Shown piece by piece: positions 12,311 to 25,290 of a DNA stretch of 64,000 bases. The stretch is taken from the NCBI RefSeq assembly GCF_006345805.1, contig NC_043008.1, positions 40,610,001 to 40,674,000 on the forward strand, given 5' to 3'. The DNA is from Octopus sinensis (lineage: Eukaryota). The notes under the pieces were generated by a model, which was given only the letters and a program-made list of their open reading frames with translations, was not told where the DNA came from and made no database searches. Numbering within the stretch: the first letter of the stretch is position 1; every line of letters begins with the position of its first letter. The position numbers and the translations under genes were made by a program.

Positions 12311-12601
12311 TATATGCCCACAGAAACACAAACACATAAAGCCATATTTTTTCCATATGTAAATTATAGAGATATCCAACCAACATATAAAGCTATGATG
12401 ACATGAAGAGCAAATCTTTAAATTCCAAATCATAAAAATCTAAGCAAAGTTTCATTCAAACAGATGTTTTTAATAGAATATTGCTAGCTGCCTTCACACT
12501 TTTTCTATCAATATATATATTGGCGTATAATATTTCTAAAAGGATTGAATAATTGTCATTCGTCATGTGTTGTTTTCCTTGTGATATGAAGATCACAGTA
12601 A

Positions 12602-12636
<35 letters not shown>

Positions 12637-12794
12637 CTATAAAACAGAGTTTGTGTGTGTGTATGTTTTTATGTGTGCGTATGTTCCTTATGCATTCCAA
12701 AACTGAGGTGCAGATTTTGACTTATGGGGTATTAAAATATTCAGTACTATTTTGGCTACCATTTAGACTTTATTTGTAATGCAAATATGTCAAT

Positions 12795-13154
12795 GATCAT
12801 GAGCAGAAGTAGTTGGGAGCATCATAGCTATGCGTTGAGAGGAATTCTTTGGGGTTTGAATAATTCACCTCTGGAAACATGGGTGTTTCTTTCAACATCC
12901 TTTAAGAATGCTTATTCATGGACCTTTTAAGCAGGATAGGTTACTCGACCAGAAGGAAATTCTAACTGGGCCCCATCTGCAAGGTTATGCGCTATTTATT
13001 TTGATATGAGATCACCATGTCGCGCACATCTGGTTGTGATGCATGTGCGTAGTGTACCCTTATCTGTCGGGTAGTCATGATTGGTATACTGGGCTTCGAA
13101 TATTTTACCCCAGTGTCACTTTGATGGCATGCACTGCTCTCTCACTCAATAATG

Positions 13155-13222
<68 letters not shown>
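12795..13222 (+). mobile_element. (AAT)n-tailed SINE-like retroposon, family F, 5'-truncated copy 1
   Basis: Direct diverged repeat of 13310-13680, ending CTCTCTCACTCAATAATGATAAT(AAT)n. Confidence 0.8.
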
Positions 13223-13224
13223 TC

Positions 13225-13682
13225 TGCTCAATACCACAGATTTGCTTGTCAGTTGTTTGACCTTAACCAGTTGAGCATGTCCCTTAGTGGCTGACGATAT
13301 GTGCATCTCTGATCACGAGCAGAAGTAGTGGGGGAGCATCATAGCCATGTGTTGAGAGGGATTCTTTGGGGTTTGAATAGTTCACCTCTGGAAACATGGG
13401 TGGTTCTTTCAACATCCTTAAACAACCCTTATTCAGGGACCGTTTGAGCGGGATGGGCTACTCAACCTGAAGAAAATTCTAACTGGGCCCCACCTGCAAG
13501 GTCATGTGCTGTTTATCTTGATATGAGATCACCATGTCGCGCACATATGGTTGTGATGCATGTGCCTGGTGTACCTTTATCAGACGGGTAGTCATGATGG
13601 GTATATTGGGCTTCGTATATTTTACCCCAGTGTCACTTTGATGGCATGAACTGCTCTCTCACTCAATAATAATAATAATAAT
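13225..13682 (+). mobile_element. (AAT)n-tailed SINE-like retroposon, family F, copy 2 (longer 5' end)
   Basis: Starts immediately after the (AAT)n tail of copy 1, has the same body and ends in (AAT)n. Confidence 0.8.
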
Positions 13683-14234
13683 AGTGTTCGTAATATAAGC
13701 ACATGGACTGATATTTTGGGAAGGGAGTTTATGTCGACCTCTGTACTCAAATCGTTCTTATTCATTCGACTGTAAAAGAAAATGAAAAGCAATTATTACC
13801 ATGATAACTATGTTGGATTTATATGTGAATTGAAGAAAGAGTAAAAATGCAAATGGAAGTGTATAATAGAATGAAAAGCATACGATTATCAAACTTTATA
13901 TTTCATTTGTTTTTTTATCTTTTAATGTTCAAATGAAGATCGTGAATTGTAAATAAATTCAATTACCATAGCACAGAATGATTTCCACAGGTAATATAAA
14001 TGATGAACTTGGTTTTACCCAATAAAACAAATATGCCTCAAGCATAATTAACGTCTACAATTCTTACGGTGGATTATTTCTTTTTCTCTCTATTTCACTC
14101 AGTAAACGCACCTGCACACTGATTGGCTCTACAGAAACACACCCACTCCTTCGGACGCACTAACATTCATACATATGTATACATGCCTGTAAGTATGTAT
14201 ACACACAAGCATACTCATTCTCTCTCACAAACAT

Positions 14235-14460
14235 ATGTATATGTATTTATATATATATATATATATATTTATGTATGTGTATGTATATAAACCTATATGT
14301 GTGTGTATATACGTACATACATACACGCACAAAAACACACACATAGATACGTACATGTATGTATGTATGTATGTATTTATGTATGTATGTATATATATAT
14401 ATATATATAATATATATATATATAATATATATATATAATATATATATGTAGGTATGTGTA
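14235..14460. repeat. (TA)/(TATG) compound microsatellite
   Basis: Directly visible. Confidence 0.9.
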
Positions 14461-14484
14461 TATAAACATTAGTCGTGCAAAGAA

Positions 14485-14600
14485 AATATGACGCAAAACA
14501 AACTGTTTATTAATATTTCGCAGAAGCAGCAGACGGACTCTCAAGGACGGAGAATTTCGTATGTTAGCACATCCCTTTCATTAATCCTAAGTCTTGAGTC
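14485..14600 (-). mobile_element. Possible Penelope-like terminal fragment with degenerate hammerhead
   Basis: Layout (TTTATTAATA..CGCAG..TTTCG-stem-TCATTAA) parallels the pLTRs at 10580, 22430 and 52380. Confidence 0.35.
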
Positions 14601-15053
14601 TATCTCTTACTTCTGCTAAATATTGATGCCAAAAAAGTGTATGTGTGTGCGTGCGTTTATATGTATGTGTTTGAGATAGAGTGTGTGTCTGTCTGTATAT
14701 ATGTATGCCTGTGTTTGTACGGATGTATGTATAGTTGTGTATTATTATTCTTTTACACGCACCGGTATCTGCACACGCTTACATATAGAAGCACCTGCAT
14801 ACGCAAACCAACAATCATCCTACCACACATACTAACACTAAATGTGTACCCTAATATGATCTTGTCCTGCTCTCTCTATGTTTGTCCACCACTATATTAT
14901 TGTAACGATATGCCTTACACCAATTCCTGATTTCTACATATAACATCCTTTCATTCGCGAAATGTTTATAGATTACAAACTCGAACTGTGTGCATCACTG
15001 TCTCTTTTCCTTTCTATGTCTCTGACGCTCAAACCCTGTATATATCTCTTTGT

Positions 15054-15429
15054 GGAGGCGCAATGGCCCAGTGGTTAGGGCAGCGGACTCGCGGTCGTAG
15101 GATCGCGGTTTCGATTCCCAGACCGGGCGTTGCGAGTGTTTATTGAGCGAAAGCACCTAAAGCTCCACGAGGCTCCGGCAGAGATGGTGGTGATCCCGGC
15201 TGTACTCTTTCACCGCAACTTTCTCTCACTCTTACTTCCTGTTTCTGTTGTACCTGTATTTCAAAGGGCCGGCCATATCACTCTCTGTGTCACGCTGAAT
15301 ATCCCCGAGAACTACGTTAAGGGTACACGTGTCTGTGGAGTGCTCAGCCACTTACACGTTAATTTCACAAGCGGGCTGTTCCATTGATCGGATCAACCGG
15401 AACCCTCGTCGTCGTAACCGACGGAGTGC
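15054..15429 (+). mobile_element. SINE family B, tail B2 (well preserved)
   Basis: Intact A-box (TGGCCCAGTGG) and B-box (GGTTTCGATTCC); tail CCTGTTTCTGTTGTACC...ACCGACGGAGTGC matches 31132-31506. Confidence 0.92.
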
Positions 15430-15904
15430 TTCCATCATATATCTCTTTCTCTCTCATTCAGTTTACAGTTTCTCTCTCAATTGCTAGCACATTTTCTCAA
15501 ATAATTGTTATTTCGAAGACAGTGGTACACATCAAATTCATTATAACCAGCGCATTTCTTGTAATTTTACATTAGACACCTGGTAGACCATTCACACTAA
15601 AACTGCTTATTGTTAATAATTCTTATGTAACACTTATCGTTGCCTCATATATGTATATAACATTCTCTTTTGGTCTCATTGTGTGAGGAATTAGCAGGGC
15701 CCCTCAATTTCATAACCGAGACGAGAGTTATGGAACCGTTGTTGATTTCCGATATAGCAGATATATAACTGTTAAAGAGGACAATACACGCTAAGGCACG
15801 ACAAGCATCTCAAATGATATACGTTGTTATTGGAAAATTTAAAGTCTTACAGTTGTTTCTACTGCATCCCGGGATAAACGCGAACATTTATATATACCTA
15901 TATA

Positions 15905-16840
15905 CTTATTTCCACCTACATTAGCTAAGATTATTGAAAATAATGGATTTTTAGTGGAACAAATATTCAATGTTGATAACACCGATACCTGTTGGAAGAA
16001 ATTACCAGATCGTTCTTTCCTATATAAAGAAATGCAAAGAATTCCTGGTTAATGTTGGGAGGCAATTGTGCAGATGATTGCAAGCTAAAATCGCTGCTTG
16101 TGTATCATGCACTCAAGCCCCGAGTTCTTAAGAACATACACAAGGCATCTCTTCCTGTAATATGGATGGACAATTCAAAGGCTTGGTTCACCCTCATTAT
16201 TTTTGAAATATTGTTTTTCAAACTTTTTGTTCTTGAAGTTCAAAAGTACTGTAAGGCTAAAAGGGTTCCTGATAAAGTTCTGTTTGTCTTAGATAACGCT
16301 CCTGGATACCTGAAAACATACGGAGATTTCAATCACAAAGCTACCGTAACCTTCCTTCCTCCCTCCTAACACCACCTCGCTGCTGATGAAGAGCACAGTT
16401 ATGAATTATGTGTGGAAGAAGATGTACGCACAACTTATCAATGACTGTAAAGACTTTGACACATTTGAAGTGAGTAATACGTTGGTGCAGTTGAGCAATG
16501 AACTGAAAATGGATTTGGAAGAACAGGATTTTAATGAAATATTTGAGAAAGATAAATAGCCCCCAACAAACGAAGAGATATGGATCTTCATGAACATCAG
16601 AAAAAGGCAGCAGAGAAAACTCATCCCGAGACTCGTCGTTTAACGTTGAAAAATATGCAAGAGGCTTTTTTCTTGTTCCTACACCAGCCTCAACGAATAA
16701 CACCGATGTCAGCCATCAGGTAGACAGCAGTAAATTATTTGAACTTACTTCTTTCTAATATAAAAGCATACTAGGCTCGCTTAACAATTTACCGAATTCG
16801 TAGGCTGACAAAAAACCAACCTAGGTTAGCCGAGGTTTTA
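15905..16840 (+). mobile_element. Tigger/pogo-family transposase pseudogene fragment
   Basis: EQIFNVDNT..WKKLPDRSF, MLGGNCADDCKLKSLLVYHALKPRVLKN..KASLPVIW.DNSKAW, VLFVLDNAPG and VTFLPP(N)TTSLL match pogo/Tigger DDE_1 motifs. Possible 3' TIR remnant at about 16822-16840. Confidence 0.9.
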
Positions 16841-16929
16841 ATTATTACATATATATACATTTAAATAATGTTGATTTCGACTTACATCGTTTTCTCTGGA
16901 TCCAATTAATGACGTAGTGTGAGGTATGC

Positions 16930-17042
16930 ATTCATATATCTGAATGCGTCTCTGTGTGTGTGTATGTATGTGTCTATACATATATAAGCATACGCATATG
17001 TATATGTGTGTATGTGTGTATACACACACACACTCACAAATA

Positions 17043-17080
<38 letters not shown>

Positions 17081-17287
17081 TATATATATATATATATATA
17101 TAATAATAATAATTTGAGGGAATATTATTCCTAACTTACAGGGAAAAATTCAATTTAGAAATACAAAATCAAATTTCACAATTACATATAATGAAAATAT
17201 TAGATATAAAATAACAATAATAATCGAAGATTAAGTAATGTGCAAAATAATAAAAAAAAAACGTAAAATGAAACGTAAAAGAAATGT

Positions 17288-17358
<71 letters not shown>

Positions 17359-17365
17359 TGATATA
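16930..17365. repeat. (GT)/(CA)/(TA) microsatellite clusters
   Basis: Directly visible. Confidence 0.9.
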
Positions 17366-18149
17366 TTGATATATTGGTATATTATGATAATTAAATATGT
17401 ATACGCGCGTGCGTTTATAAGTTAATAACATATTTCATTTCAACTTTCGAAGTTGGTTTTCGTATTAGTTTAGTGAATTTTAAAACATCTCTGCAACAAC
17501 GTTTTGAGAACAAAGAATATTACTGGATTTTTACATTTATTCTTGGTTTCTTATAATTGGACACGATTTCATAGGCTTCAGATGATTCTGGTATGTCAGC
17601 AGATGCAACTAGTATTAATAATTTCTCCATATTTTCCAACGCCCATATTTTTCAAGGCATCTCAATATTAGTGACATGTATCTAAATTTCTGTTACGTTT
17701 CATTTGACCAGTGCATTAAGGCAAACTTGACATTGTAGTTTAAAGCTATATTTTAATCATACAGCTTCGGTTTCCATTACAATGCTTCATTGTATATGAT
17801 GCCTGTCTTCTTAGATTGCCTCTTCTACGCTAATCTTTCGACAGACTTCTAGAGGTGATCTACATGACTTGCATTTGGGACTATCATCCGTTCATGGATG
17901 GTTTACTTCACGCCTTATCCGGTGCAGGTGCTAAAATGTTCTGCCTTCCCCTTGCATATTATACATGGTAGGTTGATTTTAAATTAGCAGAGAACAGCAA
18001 GTATTATATCAAAAATACATATTCTCCCATGGAAATTCGAAAAAAAATCTTCAGGTGGAGTGAATTACACTGTCTGTATCAGTAAGAAACAACACTGTGA
18101 GAGATAAGTACTTTACACACACACTAGGACACATATACTCACTTATACT

Positions 18150-18308
18150 TATACATACATACATGCATATATGTATATATATATATATGTATATATATAT
18201 GGAGAGAGATAAGAATCTATCAATCTAAACGGGCATATATATATATGTGTGTGTGTGTGCGTGTGCATATATATATATATATATATATAATAATATATAT
18301 ATATATTC

Positions 18309-18342
<34 letters not shown>

Positions 18343-18385
18343 GGAGGAGGACAGATAGACAGACAGACACATCGCTAGCTAGATG

Positions 18386-18452
<67 letters not shown>
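18150..18452. repeat. Compound (TA)/(GA)/(GATA)n microsatellite
   Basis: Directly visible. Confidence 0.95.
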
Positions 18453-20116
18453 TTACTGACATCTCTGTATAAAAGTTATATAATATGGTTTCGTTGCGCG
18501 AACAAGTACAGGGCATGTGCATGGCGTGAGTATGCTAAGTTTCTTAATTATTCCAATCGCGTACATTTACGCCAAGCTGAAACCGTGTCGGTGAAAGTTA
18601 TTGTGACAAAATAGCTGTTTAAATTATAGACACCGTCTATTTGGCAGCCTTAATGTCTACCTGATTTTGCAAATAATATTTGGATTTAACCGAATGTAGG
18701 GTTAATATATTTGCTTAAAATTCAATCTATTGTATCGTCTAAGTCTGCAGCTTCACAGTTGTTTTCTTTACAGCTCACACTTCTCCATATGTTAAATTTA
18801 ATCACCTGCGCGTGAATTATTATTATTATTTATTTATCTATTATTATATATTTAGCGTCCTTTGAAGCAATCACTTCACTTTCCTTAGAATTTGATAAAT
18901 TAGACAGGGTAACTGCTTTGGATTCTCTTTTACGCTTCTAGAAATTCTGCTACGCTGCAAATTAAATGAATTTCTTAAATGAATTAAATGTTTTTCATTT
19001 TGTGATGAAATGATGCTACATGTGTTATTGAATTCAACCGAGCACTCGTATTTATAAATTCACTATTCAGTTTCGCTTACAATGCTTCTATATGAGATGG
19101 CTAGTTTGAACTCCGTAGTTGAATATCTTAATCCACCATGAGTACTAGATTCTTTCAGTTTCTTTTAGTTGACTAATAACTTTATACCACATCAAAGATA
19201 GTCCAGTAGACTATCATTGAAATGTGTAAACGATGTTGGTTTCTTCTAATACAAGATGATACTTACTTTTACCACGTGGTCAAAAAAGATAGAATTTATA
19301 CGGATATAGAAGATTATTCATACATTCGTGGCTCGAACATAAATAACCAGTGAGGATATGCTATCCCTCTAACGCATTGTTAACTGTAACCTAATTTGTG
19401 GATCATGCTTCATAACCGATTTATGTAGACTATTGACTGTATCCCACTGAACTATCCTGATGAATGTTTTATATTTTTCTGACTGTCAAACTTTTTTCCA
19501 ACTATCAATGTGTGTACGACATATTCGGAGCAAACATTTCAAGGCGTTGTTCCTGGTTTCTAATTCCTCATACTTTCATTGGATACGCTACAGTTTTTTA
19601 CAAGGAATGGGTGGTATTTTCTTACAATACCGAGAATTAGAAGGAAATACTCCAAATAACGTGAGTCTGTGAAGCAAACATTTTCTCGGGAGGTCAGGAT
19701 CGTTGATGGTTATGCAATCATGAAGAATTGAGAAAGACCAGGTGCGGACAAATGATATCTCCAATCCTGATCACAAATGCTGCATAATATAAGTTTCGCA
19801 GTAAAATGGTAAAACAAACATCGCATGTTTGTGCAAATATGAATATCAATAGATAATCATAAATAATTGTACTTCACCAACTTTGAAACGCACTCAAACT
19901 TCATAAAAATAATCAATACCTCAGTAGATGCATGTTAAGTGTTCAATTTTTGATGATTTCAAAGCGCGGTTTTAAGTGCACGTATATTAAAATCTCTCAC
20001 TACCACTTTTATCTACGTCATGGACATTACTCCACTCCTGTGTCAATCCCTAGATCTATCTTTAGAATTGTTTGTTTAGTACCCAAAATTCATGATATTC
20101 CCTTAAAAACTAACAC

Positions 20117-20119
<3 letters not shown>

Positions 20120-20154
<35 letters not shown>

Positions 20155-20260
20155 ATCAAAATAAGCACAAGAATAACTCCAGTAATTTTAAAATATATAT
20201 TTCTTATTTATGTTTAGTTTGGGTCTATCACAGTTTGAGTTGCATAATAGTGGTTTTATA

Positions 20261-20337
<77 letters not shown>

Positions 20338-20500
20338 TACACGCGTGTGTATATATATATATATAATATATATATATATATAATATATTATATATATAAT
20401 ATATATATATATAATATATATATATATGTATATACACGTGTGTGTATATATATATGTGTGTGTATAACATGTGTATAATGTGTATTACATACATATACTA
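20120..20500. repeat. (TA)-rich microsatellite cluster
   Basis: Directly visible. Confidence 0.9.
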
Positions 20501-21644
20501 TATGTGTTACATATCTAATATATCCTTAATTATTATATAATTTTTTTTCATTGTAGCACAGGCATAATTTATCCAGGGAATAGCAACACATCGATCAGTT
20601 TAATAAATAAATGTGCCAGAGAAAAAAAAAATACTTAAAGTAAATATGTTGTCTATATACCAATAATCTACGTTAATTTACAAGTAATTTAAAGCAATTA
20701 TCTTAAGTATAGCTCTTACGTTCGTCAGCTGAGGTTTAGCAGAGTTAATAACGATAATTTTTCCACGAAGTCATTCTGCTATTTCCATAATGTAATCCAT
20801 TAGTAACGTCATTTATGTCTCACATACTTTACTCTATGTGAAAACGCAAATGACAATTCATCTAAAGCGCTTTTCTATTAATTTTGATAAAAGTGCAAAA
20901 ATATTGAGTTCGGTCCAGATAGTAACTTGTGAAAGGAAATACATAGGAAACATGACAAGTTTCTTTAGTAGAATACGTTGCAGTATAGTATAAAATAATT
21001 CTATATTTCATACCACAATCCAATAAGATTACTTTTGATTGGAGGTGATTTAGAATTGACTACATTAGGAGTCATATGGTTACATCGTAAAACATGTTAG
21101 GAAAAGTGTACCGTTTTTCTTGAACAGGAATAATGCTATGCGAGGGAAAAATTACCCGTTTTCAAATGCATTCCTTAACAATATCTATTCTCTTTAACAG
21201 TATTACTGCATATTATGCCTTGTTCTTATCGTGTTTATCAACGATTCACACAGGAGATTTATGCGCGTAAATAGGAACATAGAAATAATTGAAACATGTG
21301 TACACTTGTATATCTATCAACCATAGATCAATCTATTTATACACACACACATACATACACGCGCACACACGCATACATGTACGCGCGCACGCACACACAT
21401 ATTATTATCTGGTGACATCGAGAGATGCTCAATATGGAACAAACTCAGAAGTTCTAAAATGATTTTAACCTACAGTCCGGATTCTTCATCTATGACTAAA
21501 CCCTCGGGGTAAAGAGCGGCTATAAGAGAAATTGAGGTGAACTGATATGGAGAAAGTGATTCAGATTAACCCGATTAAGCTTTATATATAAAAAATTGAT
21601 ACATATACGTATGTAATTAAATACAGGTATATATATATATATAT

Positions 21645-22392
21645 AAACTTAGACTTAGATAAACTTAGATGTGTTTCGACCAATGATTGGTCCAGGCCAT
21701 GTCTAACTTAATAGCACCACCTGATAGGATTATTTGAATCCTGTTTAAGTCAAGTTTTGCTTATGTTCCATTCAAGTAGTGAGTTTTTGTTGAGTGAGTT
21801 GCGCTGGAGAGAGTAGAGTTTCAAGGCTTTAAGGCGATCCCAATAATCGAGAGCAGCCATGCCTTCAATTCGTTTAGTGAGTGCTCTCTGGGGTGATTCA
21901 ATCCTCGAGATGTTTTGTCTTGTATGGGGAGACCACATGGGCAGCAGTATTCGAGGTATGGCCGTACAAAGGAGGAGAAAAGTGGTATGATGACACCTTG
22001 TTCTCTGGACCGGAAAGTTCTTAAGATCCAGGAACTCATCCTACGAGCTATATCGATCTTCTTGTTGATGTGTGCACTCCAACTGAGATCGTCATCAACA
22101 ATTACACCCAGGTCTCTGATATTGTTAGAGGCTGTGAGCGGTTCCCCTGAAGGAAGAAAGTATGGCTGATTTAGTGAGGAATTTCTTCCAAAATGCATCA
22201 GCTCAAATTTTCCCTGATTGAGTTGCATTTTGTTTCTGTCTGCCCATTGACTCACAGCATATAGATCAGACTGGAGTTGAGTTCGGTCTGCTTCTTCATT
22301 GACGATTTGCTGGAGCTTGGTGTCATCAGCAAATATTTTCACTTTGCAGTAATTTACGACACTAGAAAGGTCGTTTATGTAGATTATGAAGA
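21645..22392 (-). mobile_element. CR1/L2-clade LINE, 5'-truncated RT C-terminal fragment with 3' end
   Basis: [17 protein letters not shown] (RT domain 5), LQSDL..W...NKMQLN..K, RDLGVIVDDDLSWSAHI, VRPYLEYCCP/LWSPH and RLKALKLYSLQR, with one frameshift. The 3' end has a stem-loop and (TCTAAG)n repeats. Confidence 0.9.
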
Positions 22393-22429
22393 TATATATA
22401 TATAACGAGAAGGGTTACGAAAATAAACA

Positions 22430-22529
22430 AACATATTAGTATGGCGTTCAGGAATAGAAATAGAACAAATCTTTTACGTTTCAAGCCTACGCTCTTCGAC
22501 AGAAAGATACACAGAAAAGAAACATATAT

Positions 22530-22530
<1 letters not shown>
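22430..22530 (-). mobile_element. Penelope-like terminal (pLTR) fragment, family P1
   Basis: Near-identical to 10590-10670. Confidence 0.65.
22469..22508 (-). ncRNA. Minimal type-I hammerhead ribozyme-like motif, core CUGUCGA
   Basis: Minus strand reads AUCUUU-CUGUCGA-A-GAGC GUAG GCUU-GAAA-CGUA-AAAGAU. Stem I has 6 perfect bp, stem II has 4 bp (one G-U), and the predicted cleavage triplet is GUA. Confidence 0.55.
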
Positions 22531-22950
<420 letters not shown>

Positions 22951-22956
22951 TTTTAT

Positions 22957-23041
<85 letters not shown>

Positions 23042-23042
<1 letters not shown>

Positions 23043-23292
23043 GATGCGCCTGGCTTAGTGGTTAGGATGTCAGCATCATGATCTCGTAAGATTGTGGTTT
23101 CGATTCCTAGACAGGGTGACGCGTTGTGTTCTTGAGCAAAACATTTCATATCACATTGCTCCAGTCCACTCAGCTGGCAAAAATGAGTATCGCTGCGATG
23201 AACTGGCGTCCCGTCCACCTGGGGAACATATACGCCATAGAAACTGGGAAATCGGGTCCATGAGCCTGGCTAGGCTTTCCAAGGCGCATTTA
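23042..23292 (+). mobile_element. SINE family C, copy 2 (344-bp period tandem duplicate)
   Basis: Identical to copy 1 by eye except for one G indel (CCAAGGGCG versus CCAAGGCG). Confidence 0.88.
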
Positions 23293-23311
23293 TTTTTATT
23301 ATATATATATA

Positions 23312-23343
<32 letters not shown>

Positions 23344-23789
23344 TAAGGGCATTCCTTTAGGAACGTACTAGTGTACAAAATAGAGCTCGTTCACCCGTAG
23401 TATTATCAAATAACTAGCTATATTCGAAATCTTGGCTTAAGTATTCGTAGTGTAGTGCTAATTAAATAACTGTCTAAACTTACTCCTTCATGTTGACTTT
23501 ATTCAATTTCCATTTACCAAATTCACTTACGAAACTTCGAGTGGCCCTAAGTTATTGAACAAGACACTTCTCTGTGCAACGCAGTGGTTGAGTTCGATGC
23601 TTGCAGCGCACGGAAATAGTGGGTATGTATAATACATATATACAGAAAGATATATAACGATAGATTTATGTATTTTTGTATGTGTCAGTATGATCGAGCT
23701 AAATCTTACAGTTTGCATAAAAGTAATATAAATCCCAACACCCCATCCAAGAACAGAAATATTTGAAAGAATCAAAAATATCAACAATA

Positions 23790-24330
23790 TTACGGCTGGG
23801 AGATATCAGTTTATTCATGATAGCTACCCCCAGCCTCCAGTACAGCCTGAAAATCTCGCTGAAACCAGGCGCATACGTTCCACGGAATATTCCTGGATAC
23901 ATCCCTGGAAATATCTTCGAACACCTAATCCGACCAACAGCTGTGCCTTGGTCTTATCCAAACCTGCGATGGATATGGTAATCAATAGAATTACAATTGA
24001 GTGAATTTGGAGGTAAAGAATTAGGGCCACCAGCCGCTTTCGACTTTTCCTGTGGCAAACTTCTCCAGGCTGGCTGTTGTGCACAGTTTCCAACAGCTTC
24101 ATATAGCCGTCTGAATTGAGTCTAAGGCACACTTCATGAGTTGCTGGGTGATTTCCACCATATGAACGCATTTAGAACGCTTCTGATCCTTCCTGATGGC
24201 CAAGGCTACGTAGTCTCCATTGTGCTAGCCATCTGACATCTTGCAGCCTTACGATGTTTCTGGAGCGTTGAGTTATACTCATGATATCGCTATTTCGATA
24301 TCATCATCATGACTCAGCTATATATTTTCC
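23790..24330 (-). mobile_element. Decayed Tc1/mariner (maT-like) transposase remnant
   Basis: Minus strand gives CLRLNSDGYMKLLETV, CHRKSRK, LPPNSLNCNSIDY and KTKAQLLVG...F..RFQAVLEAGG, which match maT C-terminal motifs. Confidence 0.75.
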
Positions 24331-24640
24331 AACGTTCAAATGGTTACTAATGCTGGATGCAAACTACATTTTTCTCTTCCAGGGCGTTCATTTTTATGTT
24401 ACCCGAACCCATTGAATGTTTACCATTCCATAAAGGTGTCCAAGAAAAAAGGAGATATTAAAAAGTGTTAAATTCAGCCTGTAAAACTTGTGTATACGTA
24501 CCGATGTATAATTCATATGATATTATTATCATATGAATTTGCACACACAATCACACACATATATATATAAAGAGAGACACAGAGAAATAGAAAGAGAAAG
24601 AATGTGTGAGAGAGAGAGGACACAGATGTGGCTATATGCA

Positions 24641-24802
24641 GGTGCAGACGTGGCTGTGTGATAAGAAACTTACCAATCACATGTTTCCGGGTTCAGTTCC
24701 ACTGCATGGCACCTTAGCCATGTGCCTTCTACTGTAACCTTCGCTTGACCAAAGCCTTGTGAGTGGATTTAGTAGACTCAAACAGAAAGAAGCCCGCCGT
24801 GT
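24641..24802 (+). mobile_element. SINE family E, 5' part
   Basis: GGTGCAGACGTGGCTGTGTG..CCGGGTTCAGTTCCACTGC..AAAGCCTTGTGAGTGGATTT..AAAGAAGCCCG. Confidence 0.85.
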
Positions 24803-24804
24803 AT

Positions 24805-24990
<186 letters not shown>

Positions 24991-25109
24991 GTGTGTGCGT
25001 GGAATCTAATGCTCTTAGCTTAGTTTTTCCTTGGGACTGGCCCGATTGTATCAATCTCGAGTATAACCAGACGAAATTACAAAGATAATATCACGAACAT
25101 TTTCCAAGC

Positions 25110-25290
25110 TGATCATGGGAAGGAATGGTGATGGTCTACATTCTGGTGCTTTCCTTCAAAATGGAAACACCATTCCTCCATGTGGTCCACTTGTAAAATT
25201 GCTACATTAAGATATTTTCTTAACAACACGCTAATAGTAGCCTTAATAAAAAGAAAAAATCCATGAATATGGTGTTCAGCACTCATTCTC
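25110..25290 (+). mobile_element. Possible highly decayed Tc1/maT transposase fragment
   Basis: Weak resemblance to the VMVW.GVS.NGKTPL..V motif; heavily frameshifted. Confidence 0.25.

Noticed and set aside
16383-16400. CTGATGAAGAGC hammerhead-like start
   Set aside because: There is no closing stem II or GAAA, and it lies within Tigger coding sequence.
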